From IMG/VR virus record IMGVR_UViG_3300031519_000130, positions 1-31,996 of that record: DNA of 31,996 nt. The stretch is one strand, 5' to 3'. The notes under the pieces are model-generated. The model searched no databases, was not told the origin of the DNA, and saw nothing but the letters and a program-made list of their open reading frames with translations. Shown here in pieces: positions 1 to 9,101 of this stretch. The position numbers and the translations under genes are program-made. This DNA comes from a virus (taxonomy: Duplodnaviria > Caudoviricetes). The number at the start of each line of letters is the position of its first letter. Position 1 is the first letter of the stretch.

Positions 1-195
1 AGCTACACAATAGAGAGGACCTACGCATACAGACCAGACCTACTGGCATATGATCTATATGGTTCACCGAGACTGTGGTGGGTGTTCGTGCAACGTAATC
101 CGGACCAACTGGAAGATCCCATATACGATTTCAAACCGGGTGTGACCATACAGTTGCCCAAGAAGGAAACTCTTCTTAAAGACCTGGGGATTTAA
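1..195 (+). CDS. Baseplate wedge protein, T4 gp53-like/LysM-like (5'-truncated by the window edge; not in the ORF track)
   Basis: Frame 1 reads SYTIERTYAYRPDLLAYDLYGSPRLWWVFVQRNPDQLEDPIYDFKPGVTIQLPKKETLLKDLGI*, with TAA at 193-195. RPDxxAYxLYG...LWW is the characteristic gp53/LysM-type baseplate motif, and the position directly before hub and spike fits. Confidence 0.8.
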   Translation, partial: SYTIERTYAYRPDLLAYDLYGSPRLWWVFVQRNPDQLEDPIYDFKPGVTIQLPKKETLLKDLGI

Positions 196-197
196 TC

Positions 198-2579
198 ATG
201 GCTAAAAATAAAAGCCTAGAGAAAAACATTCGATCATCAAAAAGCACAACGTCAAACATTAAAACTATTGATGATCAGGCCAACTCTAGATCAAAGGCGA
301 TCAACGATAAAATTAAAAAGAATTTCTACGACAACGATGCCAACTTCACTGCAGGTGGAACAACAGCGGCAGATTACAACGCCCAGGAAGATTATCGTAG
401 CAGACAATATGATAATTCCGATGGCAGGACCACAACTAGCACAGATGACAAAAAAAAGCAGGTAGTTGACATATCAGAACCCAACCAGTTGTTCAAGTAT
501 GCCTCGTACAATGTGCTGTTCACACTGAGTGCCCTGAACCAGGCAGAACTTGAAAACACCAAATTGCTGTTGCAATCGGCACCGCATGACATAATTGCCA
601 GGAGTTCGGGCATAGGTCCCGATGCCAACAGAACGACCACTAATGTCGTGGACGAAGTAGGATTGACAGGTGATCCTAACGATAAAATAATCAACTCCCC
701 TGGTAATGAACGGTTAAAGGGTGCCTTGGACAAGAGCAAGGCGACACTGGGCAAGAACAGAGACATATATTTCAAAAGCGTGATTATGAATGCAATACCA
801 GGACTGAACGAGAAGAGAAGATTGACAGGGGTCACGCAGATCAAGATAGAGATGATAGAACCTGCTGGGATCAGCCTACTAGAGAAGATCAGGGGTGCGG
901 CCATCAACAACGGCTACCTGGACCATCTGGATGCACCGTTCCTGTTGACTATGAACTTTGCAGGATTTGATGAACTAGGAAACCCAATGCCAGACAAGTT
1001 GAAAGGATCACTCGATCGTAGGATACCAATTAAGCTAACCGACATGGACATGTCTGTCACCAGTGCCGGCACGTCATACACCCTGACAGCGATACCAATG
1101 GGTGAAAACGTATTCGTGAACAGATACAACTACCCCAGGACCACAGGCAAGCTGTCATTGACCAACAACAACACACTGGGCGGTGTGGTAAAAGAACTTG
1201 AAAAAGCACTGAACAAACAGAATGAAGACGAAAGAGATGCGGGACTGATACAACATCCAGATGTGTACGAGATATCCATAAACGAAAAACTGAGGCCCGG
1301 AGTGACGATCAATACTTTCTCCATAGACCAGGCAGGAATGTTTGTGACACAAGGTTCTGGACCAAGCAACCAGGACTACCTTAAGTTCAATCAAAACAAT
1401 GCTGTAACAAAGATACTGGAAGAGATAATGAAGGGACACCCAGATTTCACGGACGACAAATTCGATGAGTTCTTTGAGAAGAACAAGGGAGACCAGAACC
1501 CTGTGTCTAATTTCACACCGGCCTATGACTTTGACGAGGCACCCACGGAAAGTTTCTATTATGATTACTTCAGGATAAAAGGCAGTGTGGTACCAACATC
1601 AAAATTTGATGAGATAAGGAACAAGAATGTCAAGAAACTCATTTACACAATAGAACCGTACAAGGTACATGCAATGTCCTTGGCAATACCGGGTGCCAGC
1701 ACAGGACAAGCATTCAAGAACTTCGTACACAAGAAATACAACTACATATTCACGGGAGAGAACACTGACATACTGGACCTAGACATCAAGTACAGGGTGG
1801 CCTACTTCCAAAGCAGACTGAAAGATGTGGAAGCCAGCGACTTCAGGAAGAATACTATAGTCAGTTCGGAAAATGTTGGTAAAGCAACAGGTGGATCAAC
1901 TGCAAGGGGACTGGGCAGTGACGGGAATCTTCTCCTCAGCTCGGAAGTTAGTGCAGTCAAATCAGGATCGGCAGGTAAGACGGGAGGCACGTCACCGGTG
2001 CTGGACGCTTTCCTTGATTCACTGACACACCCATTGGCGGACATGGTAGTGGTCAGGATGACCATACTGGGTGACCCGGCCTATCTGGGCCAGTCACAGT
2101 TCATACCGCCAACCCCAGAGACATCAGCGGACGGAACACACAGAGACACAAACATGGATTATTTCCACGGTTCCCCGGACAAGGTATGGAATAGTAAACT
2201 GCACTGTTTCAATGGTGATCTGGCAGAGCCAGTGGTGATGCTGAACTTCAGAATGCCAACAGACATAAATGATCAGACAGGTGTATATGATATGCGTAGT
2301 GACCAGTCAGCTGAATTCTCCGGACTCTATAGGGTAGTCCAGGTAGAACACAACTTTGAAAGTGGTCGATACACAAACTTACTGACAATGACCAGGTTCA
2401 ATAACCAAGGTGTTGATATATCTGATCCACAGACATCAATATCAGTAGGTAATAAACTGATATCAACATCAGAATTCAAAGATTTGGCCGAAAAACTAAG
2501 GTTAGGCCTTATAGATAACTTAACTAATACTGTAAAAAGAAAATTCAACGAAAAATTATCAAGCATACTAAACAAATAA
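198..2579 (+). CDS. Putative baseplate hub protein (gp27/gpD/gp44-like), 793 aa
   Basis: Lies between the gp53-like and gp5-like genes. C-terminal 'MTILGDPAYL...FSGLYRVVQVEHNFESGRYTNLLTMTR' resembles the C-terminal barrel of hub proteins (G-x-Y-x-V-x-x-V-x-H-x-F). Confidence 0.65.
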   Translation: MAKNKSLEKNIRSSKSTTSNIKTIDDQANSRSKAINDKIKKNFYDNDANFTAGGTTAADYNAQEDYRSRQYDNSDGRTTTSTDDKKKQVVDISEPNQLFKYASYNVLFTLSALNQAELENTKLLLQSAPHDIIARSSGIGPDANRTTTNVVDEVGLTGDPNDKIINSPGNERLKGALDKSKATLGKNRDIYFKSVIMNAIPGLNEKRRLTGVTQIKIEMIEPAGISLLEKIRGAAINNGYLDHLDAPFLLTMNFAGFDELGNPMPDKLKGSLDRRIPIKLTDMDMSVTSAGTSYTLTAIPMGENVFVNRYNYPRTTGKLSLTNNNTLGGVVKELEKALNKQNEDERDAGLIQHPDVYEISINEKLRPGVTINTFSIDQAGMFVTQGSGPSNQDYLKFNQNNAVTKILEEIMKGHPDFTDDKFDEFFEKNKGDQNPVSNFTPAYDFDEAPTESFYYDYFRIKGSVVPTSKFDEIRNKNVKKLIYTIEPYKVHAMSLAIPGASTGQAFKNFVHKKYNYIFTGENTDILDLDIKYRVAYFQSRLKDVEASDFRKNTIVSSENVGKATGGSTARGLGSDGNLLLSSEVSAVKSGSAGKTGGTSPVLDAFLDSLTHPLADMVVVRMTILGDPAYLGQSQFIPPTPETSADGTHRDTNMDYFHGSPDKVWNSKLHCFNGDLAEPVVMLNFRMPTDINDQTGVYDMRSDQSAEFSGLYRVVQVEHNFESGRYTNLLTMTRFNNQGVDISDPQTSISVGNKLISTSEFKDLAEKLRLGLIDNLTNTVKRKFNEKLSSILNK

Positions 2580-2580
2580 A

Positions 2581-5145
2581 ATGGCACTTAAAAATTATTT
2601 AAAAGGAGACGCATCGACATCCAAGGCACCGGGCAATGACCAAGACTGGTCAACTGCCAATCCGGGACCATACTTTGGCATAGTCAAGGGCAACTCCGAT
2701 CCAACCAGGATGGGACGACTGTCGGTGCTTATACCCAGTCTCGCAAAGGTAGACTCTAAAAATGTTACAGAGAACCAGCTAGTGACCTGTGAATATCTTT
2801 CTCCTTTCTACGGAGCCAAGGATGCCCAAAAAACAAAGGGTGCATCAAAGGAGTACAAAGACTCACAGCACTCTTATGGTTTCTGGGGAGTACCGCCTGA
2901 TATTGAAACAAAAGTTCTAGTGATATTCGCAGAGGGCAAAATGGAACAGGCCTATTGGATAGGTTGCATACAGGAACCCTACACCAATCACATGGTACCG
3001 GGCATAGCATCGAGTACCAAAACATGGGACAAGACCACAGGACAACAGGAAGGCCCTCCCGGAACGAGCCAGTCCACGGTTGACAAATTACAAACATACG
3101 GATCAGATAATGTTCCTGCAGGAGAGCTCAACAGGAGAACCCCAGGAGTACTAGCAAGCGGAAATTACGAGGGGGAGTCACTGCCCATACACCCATTCGC
3201 TGAAGTACTGGTCAAACAGGGACTGAGTGCAGATAACATCAGGGGTAACACGTCAAGTTCGGCACGTAGGGAATCACCCAGCCAGGTATTTGGTATCAGT
3301 ACACCAGGACGTAAAGATACAGGAACAACTAAAGAACAGGTAGGACCAAAGGATTCGGGAGCGACTGACTACGTCGTGAGGACACCGGGCCACACGTTCA
3401 CCATGGACGATGGAGCCGTTGACGGCACAAACCAACTGACGAGATTGAGGACGGCCTCCGGACACCAGTTGCTGATGCATGACACCGACGGCATAGTTTA
3501 CATAGCCAATGGTTCGGGTAATGCTTACATAGAGATGAACCGGGACGGCAGGATAGATGTCTACTCGGGAGTGGGCGGGATAAACATCAGGACACAGGGT
3601 GACTTCAACCTACACAGTGATGCCAACATCAACATGCATGCCGCGGGATCCATAAGGATGAGTGCGGAGACAGACATGATACAGTCAGCGGACGCTATGT
3701 TCAACCTCGGACAAAAAGGAATATTCAATGCCTCACATGCAGGATCTATAAGGGACTATGCAAGGGATGGATTGTCGTCATTCACAGAAGGTGTGCAACT
3801 GCATGGAGCCGGTGGAGCAATACACCTGGCAGGATCGCAGGTACACATGAACTCAACAGGTGCGAGCTCATCATGGGGACCAACATGGTTGACCACAGAC
3901 AAGGTGGGATTGACACCTCGAGAAGAGGGAGACGTGGAACTGATCAGGAAGGGCATAGAACCACTGCAATCCTTCACCAAGAAAACAAAAACCACAGTAC
4001 ACAGATTCGTTACGCACGAACCCATGCCGAGATTCAAGGCTTTCACATCGGAAGGACTTCTACCGATAGGCGGAGCAGATAATATCAAGCAGTGGTACAG
4101 GCTTTCCAGCACACCAGGCACGGTGGAGTACATGGAACAGCAAAATAGATTGTCCGATAAACCACCTGTCAGGTCTGGACAGGCCCAGGCTGAGATGGAA
4201 AGAATACTTAAGGAAAGGATGGGCAATTCGACAAGTGCTATCAAGGCACGAGAGATATTGGCAGAGGTTGGTAGTACATATGATAAAACTTTTAACGTGA
4301 TAAACCAGGCCAAGGGGGCGTGGCCCGAGGTAGAAAGCATATCCAACAGTTTAAAGAACTTCAATGTCAATGACACAATAGCCAGTGTCAACGCCAATGT
4401 AACGACACAGCTGACCAACCAGGTGATAGAAAAAATATCCGGAAACGGTGCGGTGCAGTTGTTCAAGGACAACGTGTTCGTCAACAATGCCGGACAGTTG
4501 TTCTCACTGGGCGGCAGTAGCGTAGGAAATGTTTTAGATGAATTTGGGACAAGTGGAAACGTGTATGGCACAGGTCTAAATGACGTGTTGAAAAATGTAC
4601 AGGGCATAACAGGAAACCTAAACATAGGAAACATAGGATCAGTGGCAAACGACATAAGCACGGTCACAAACGTGTACAAGAATGTCTTGGCAGGTAACAT
4701 CACAAACGTGTTATCGTCATCTAGCATAGCAAGTACGGCATCAAAATTCTTCCAACACAGCGGTTACGGTCCCAGCTTCCAGGCGTCGGGATTCTCCACG
4801 TTGATGAAGTCGGTCGGGGGCATCTCTCTCGGCGGAACAGGATCTTTCGCAACATTGGGTTCGTTGGGAACTGCCATATCCACTAGTAGTATTGGAAAGG
4901 CCATAGGCGGTTTGTTCGGAGGCGGAGGATTTAAATTAAGTGATATCAGACTCAAGGAAGACGTACGATTAGTTGGCAAATCACCCTCGGGCATCAACAT
5001 ATATTCGTTTAAATACAAACATACTGATGGAACATACGAGGGTGTGATGGCACAGGAAGTTCCATGGGCGAGAGAAATGACAGACACAGGATTCTACATG
5101 GTAGATTACAGCAAAGTGGATGTTGAATTTAGGAGATTGAACTAA
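2581..5145 (+). CDS. Baseplate central spike (gp5/VgrG-like) with C-terminal Peptidase_S74-like autocleaving chaperone domain, 854 aa
   Basis: N-terminal OB-fold motifs GIVKGNSDPTRMGRLSVLIP and SYGFWGVPPDIETKVLVIF. Beta-helix segment RTPGHTFTMDDG...RTASGHQLLMHD...INIRTQGDFNLHSDANINMHA. C-terminal SDIRLKED...GVMAQEV...VDY. No recognisable lysozyme domain. Confidence 0.85.
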   Translation: MALKNYLKGDASTSKAPGNDQDWSTANPGPYFGIVKGNSDPTRMGRLSVLIPSLAKVDSKNVTENQLVTCEYLSPFYGAKDAQKTKGASKEYKDSQHSYGFWGVPPDIETKVLVIFAEGKMEQAYWIGCIQEPYTNHMVPGIASSTKTWDKTTGQQEGPPGTSQSTVDKLQTYGSDNVPAGELNRRTPGVLASGNYEGESLPIHPFAEVLVKQGLSADNIRGNTSSSARRESPSQVFGISTPGRKDTGTTKEQVGPKDSGATDYVVRTPGHTFTMDDGAVDGTNQLTRLRTASGHQLLMHDTDGIVYIANGSGNAYIEMNRDGRIDVYSGVGGINIRTQGDFNLHSDANINMHAAGSIRMSAETDMIQSADAMFNLGQKGIFNASHAGSIRDYARDGLSSFTEGVQLHGAGGAIHLAGSQVHMNSTGASSSWGPTWLTTDKVGLTPREEGDVELIRKGIEPLQSFTKKTKTTVHRFVTHEPMPRFKAFTSEGLLPIGGADNIKQWYRLSSTPGTVEYMEQQNRLSDKPPVRSGQAQAEMERILKERMGNSTSAIKAREILAEVGSTYDKTFNVINQAKGAWPEVESISNSLKNFNVNDTIASVNANVTTQLTNQVIEKISGNGAVQLFKDNVFVNNAGQLFSLGGSSVGNVLDEFGTSGNVYGTGLNDVLKNVQGITGNLNIGNIGSVANDISTVTNVYKNVLAGNITNVLSSSSIASTASKFFQHSGYGPSFQASGFSTLMKSVGGISLGGTGSFATLGSLGTAISTSSIGKAIGGLFGGGGFKLSDIRLKEDVRLVGKSPSGINIYSFKYKHTDGTYEGVMAQEVPWAREMTDTGFYMVDYSKVDVEFRRLN

Positions 5146-5561
5146 TGGCATACGGTAGCGGAGACATAACACCAAATCTGAACAAAGGTGAAGTGACCTT
5201 CAAGGGTTTCAGTTCACGTGCAGACAAACAGAACTTCAAATTATATGACTTCGAATGTGCCAAGCAGGATTTGATCAACCGATTATCTATACGTAAGGGC
5301 GAGAGGGTGGAGAACCCAGAATTCGGTACCATAATATACGATGCACTGTTTGAACCATTCACAGAAGCACTAAAAGATGCTATTATCGATGATGTCACAG
5401 CCAATCTCAATGCAGATCCACGTATAGCCACAGAGGAGATACTAGTAACAGAAGCAGACAAGGGCATAGCCATACAGGCAACTATAACGTATGTTCCTTT
5501 AAATATCACCGAGAAACTGAGATTCAACTTTGATGAGAACTCACTGTTGCGTCTATCTTAA
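5145..5561 (+). CDS. Baseplate wedge subunit, gp25/GPW family, 138 aa
   Basis: RKGERVENPEFGTIIYDALFEP...DPRI is the typical gp25 signature. AGGAG upstream; start overlaps the gp5 stop (TAATG). Confidence 0.92.
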   Translation: MAYGSGDITPNLNKGEVTFKGFSSRADKQNFKLYDFECAKQDLINRLSIRKGERVENPEFGTIIYDALFEPFTEALKDAIIDDVTANLNADPRIATEEILVTEADKGIAIQATITYVPLNITEKLRFNFDENSLLRLS

Positions 5562-5581
5562 TACACGCACATTTCCTAACA

Positions 5582-5589
5582 CATAAATA
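5582..5589 (+). promoter_or_regulatory. T4-late-like promoter box CATAAATA
   Basis: 7/8 match to TATAAATA in the intergenic gap, 14 nt before the gp6 ATG at 5604. Confidence 0.55.
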
Positions 5590-5603
5590 TCGTTGTATAT
5601 ACT

Positions 5604-8600
5604 ATGGCCACAACAGATAGACAGAACAGATTACTTGTAGCGGAAGATTGGAGAAAGATCTACCAGTCATTCCAACAGGCAGATTTTAAGAGCTACGACT
5701 TCGAAACACTTAGAAGGACCATGGTGGCATATCTACGTGAGAACTACCCAGATGATTTCAATGATTTTGTTGAGAGTTCGGAGTATGTTGCACTTATTGA
5801 TCTGATAGCTTACGTGGCACAAGCACTTTCTTTCAGGGTGGATTTGAATGCTAGAGAAAACTTTTTAGAAACGGCCGAAAGAAGAAACTCTGTATTGAGA
5901 TTAGCGAGACTGATCAACTACAATGCCAGTAGGAATCAACCAGCGACAGGACTCCTAAAAATAGATTCACTTGTAACAACACAGGATGTTAACGACTCGT
6001 CGGGAACTAATCTCGCAAACAACACAATAATATGGAATGATTCAGCGAATTCAAATTACAGAGAACAGTTCACAACAATTTTAAATGCGGCAAACCAGAC
6101 AGGACAACTGTTCGGGAAACCCAGGGAAGCAAACGCAATAGGAGGTATAGACACAGAAGTTTATACACTGAGCTCCAATCAGTTAGACCTACCGATATTC
6201 AACTTTACCAAGTCAATAGGTGGAACCAGTAGACAATTTGAGATAGTGCCAAGCACAATAAACGACTCGGAATCAATATACGAATCTCCGCCAATACCGG
6301 GTTCGGGTTTGACTTATACATACAGAGCAGATGGTTCGGGTGACAGTTCGAACAACACAGGATTCTTTTTCCTCTTCAAGCAAGGAACAATGCAACAGCA
6401 AAATTTTTCCGTGGACACTGCCGTAACAAATTACATCAAGAGCTTAAATATTCCGAACATCAATAACACGGATGTCTGGTTGTACAAGTTAGACCAGTTT
6501 GGACAGTTATTAGAACAATGGAAGAATATACCTTCACTGTCAGGAAACAACGCAATTTATAACTCGCTGTCAAAAGCAGAACGAAACACTTACAATATTG
6601 TAACGAAAGCGAATGATACCGTTGACCTTGTGTTTGGAGATGGCAACTTCTCAAACTTACCATTGGGATCGTTCAGGACATATCACAGGACTAGCGACAA
6701 TACCAAGTATGCAATACAACCAGCAGACATGCAGGGAGTGTCATTGTCAGTGCCATACACTGATGCCAATGGCGCACAGCAGGCACTAACTGTGACAATG
6801 AGTCTCAAGGCCAGCATCTACAACGCCGCGGCAACAGAAACAAATAATTCAATTAAAGAGAAAGCACCACAGGTTTATTATTCACAGAATAGGATGATAA
6901 CTGCGGAAGACTACCAAGTTGTTCCACTATCAACATCGCAAGAAATAGTTAAGGTGAGATCTGTTAACAGGTCAGCATCGGGCATATCGAGAGCAAAGGA
7001 AATTCTAGATCCAACAGGAGCATATTCCAACGTGAGTGTCTTTGCCGAGGACGGTATACTGTATAGGGAAGAGAGCACACAGCAATTTACTTTTACTTTT
7101 AACAACAGAAGCAACATACAGTCAACGATTAACACATCTGTTGCAAAAAAATTAAAAGAAGCATATTCGAGACAGTTCTATTACTTAAATTATGAGACAA
7201 AAGACATAAGCACACTGACTGCTACATGGAATTCAACAACAACATCAACTAACACTAACACAGGATATTTCACATCAGGTGGAGCCCTTGTCATAGGAGA
7301 TTTTGCAACCTCAAATTTGAAATTTGCTAAAGCAGGTGCGTTGATAAAATTTACCTCACCGGACACAAGGAAGTTTTTAAACGGAGCATTGGTTACATCA
7401 ACAACAGAAAATTCTGAAGATAGATTATGGGCCAAGATCGGAGCAGTAAACGGAGATGGAGCGAATAGTGGGGTAGGGAATCTTGAGTCAGGATTAGGAC
7501 CAATAACACTCAACAACATAGTTCCGGAAGGTTCAGTGATTAATTCAATAATACCTAACCTTACAACAACATTCTCAGCAACTCTTGAAGCAGATATAAT
7601 CAACAGGATAGAAGCATACGAAGAATTTGGATTACGTTATGATGTGGACACAGAAACATGGAAAGTGATCACATCCACTAATTTAAGTTCTAGTTCTGTG
7701 TTTAGTCTTAGCAACACTAGTAGTACAGCAGGTACTAATTTAGATGCCAGCTGGTGGTTCAAGTTCGCCAATGACGGGAACACATATACAGTGACATACA
7801 GAAAACTAGATTACACATTTGAATCGGAATCACAGAACAAGTTCCATTACGACATTGAGGAAAAAATTTACGACTACAAACTAGGCAAGAGTGTTAAAGA
7901 TACTATAAAAATTCTAAAGACTAACTCGTCAGTATCAACAGGTAATAGTATAGGTTATCCAATCACATGGCAGATTGTGGACACAGTGACAGAAGCAGAT
8001 GGATTCAGGGACAACAGAAAAGTTAAAGTAGGATTCTTCGATGACGACGACGATGGGGTAGTGGACAATCCAGAAATTTTTGATATTGTAGTAGAACCAA
8101 CATTGTCAGAAGCTACTAAATTTGTATTTTTTGAGAAGTACATATCATATGATACCATAGAGAGATACAAACCGTATCCAGCAACAAATTTTATTGTGAC
8201 ACAGAATGAGTCGAGCATATCTCTTTCTACAACTGTATATACAGATAAACAATTATTTTATTTCTATGATGTGGATGAGGATGTAATTAAAATATACAGT
8301 TCTACAACAAACACACTTACAACAACAACAGATTATCAAGCTAGAAGAGGTAGAAGTTCAATTAGTTTCCAGTATAAACATAACGCCGGACAAGATACTA
8401 GGATCGATCCTAGTGTGTCTAACATAGTTGATGTATACCTATTGGAAAGAACATACGACAATCAATATAGAATATGGTTACAAGATGGTGGATCTTTACC
8501 AGCCCCTTCAACGTCAGACCAATTGAGGATATCGTACGCAGGAATACTTGATCCCATGAAATCATTGTCAGACCAGATCATATACCATCCAGTGAAATAC

Positions 8601-9101
8601 AAGATATTGTTTGGTACAAATGCAGACGAAGATCTACAGGCAACATTTAAAGTTGTTAAAAATACAAAAACAAATGTTACAGATGCAGTAATCAAAACAA
8701 GAGTGATTGCCGCAATCAATGAATTCTTTGCGTTAGACAACTGGGATTTTGGAGATAGTTTTTATTTCACAGAATTAGCCGCTTACATACACAATCAACT
8801 TGCTCCAGACTTACTGACAGCAGTTATTGTACCGAATCAATCAGGACAGACATTTGGGTCTCTGTTCCAGATCAATTCCGCGGCAGACGAAATCTTTATC
8901 AGTGGGGCCACCGTTGATGATGTTTCAATTATTAGTGCATTAGGAGCCAACCAATTGGCGGCATCCGGCACTGTGGTTACATCAACATCAACTGTAACGA
9001 CAAGTTCGACAAGTTCGACAACAGGATCAGCAGTGTCAGGCTCTACTACATCAGGTTCGGGTTCAAGTTCAAGTACCGGCAGTAGTGGGGCAGGATACTA
9101 A
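5604..9101 (+). CDS. Baseplate wedge subunit, T4 gp6-like (baseplate J-like), 1165 aa
   Basis: N-terminal DFETLRRTMVAYLR...LIDLIAY...ENFLETAERRNSVLRLARLINY; central VFGDG; ETNNSIKEKAPQVYYSQNRMITAEDY matches the gp6 QNRxVTxxDY motif. Follows gp25. Confidence 0.9.
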   Translation: MATTDRQNRLLVAEDWRKIYQSFQQADFKSYDFETLRRTMVAYLRENYPDDFNDFVESSEYVALIDLIAYVAQALSFRVDLNARENFLETAERRNSVLRLARLINYNASRNQPATGLLKIDSLVTTQDVNDSSGTNLANNTIIWNDSANSNYREQFTTILNAANQTGQLFGKPREANAIGGIDTEVYTLSSNQLDLPIFNFTKSIGGTSRQFEIVPSTINDSESIYESPPIPGSGLTYTYRADGSGDSSNNTGFFFLFKQGTMQQQNFSVDTAVTNYIKSLNIPNINNTDVWLYKLDQFGQLLEQWKNIPSLSGNNAIYNSLSKAERNTYNIVTKANDTVDLVFGDGNFSNLPLGSFRTYHRTSDNTKYAIQPADMQGVSLSVPYTDANGAQQALTVTMSLKASIYNAAATETNNSIKEKAPQVYYSQNRMITAEDYQVVPLSTSQEIVKVRSVNRSASGISRAKEILDPTGAYSNVSVFAEDGILYREESTQQFTFTFNNRSNIQSTINTSVAKKLKEAYSRQFYYLNYETKDISTLTATWNSTTTSTNTNTGYFTSGGALVIGDFATSNLKFAKAGALIKFTSPDTRKFLNGALVTSTTENSEDRLWAKIGAVNGDGANSGVGNLESGLGPITLNNIVPEGSVINSIIPNLTTTFSATLEADIINRIEAYEEFGLRYDVDTETWKVITSTNLSSSSVFSLSNTSSTAGTNLDASWWFKFANDGNTYTVTYRKLDYTFESESQNKFHYDIEEKIYDYKLGKSVKDTIKILKTNSSVSTGNSIGYPITWQIVDTVTEADGFRDNRKVKVGFFDDDDDGVVDNPEIFDIVVEPTLSEATKFVFFEKYISYDTIERYKPYPATNFIVTQNESSISLSTTVYTDKQLFYFYDVDEDVIKIYSSTTNTLTTTTDYQARRGRSSISFQYKHNAGQDTRIDPSVSNIVDVYLLERTYDNQYRIWLQDGGSLPAPSTSDQLRISYAGILDPMKSLSDQIIYHPVKYKILFGTNADEDLQATFKVVKNTKTNVTDAVIKTRVIAAINEFFALDNWDFGDSFYFTELAAYIHNQLAPDLLTAVIVPNQSGQTFGSLFQINSAADEIFISGATVDDVSIISALGANQLAASGTVVTSTSTVTTSSTSSTTGSAVSGSTTSGSGSSSSTGSSGAGY

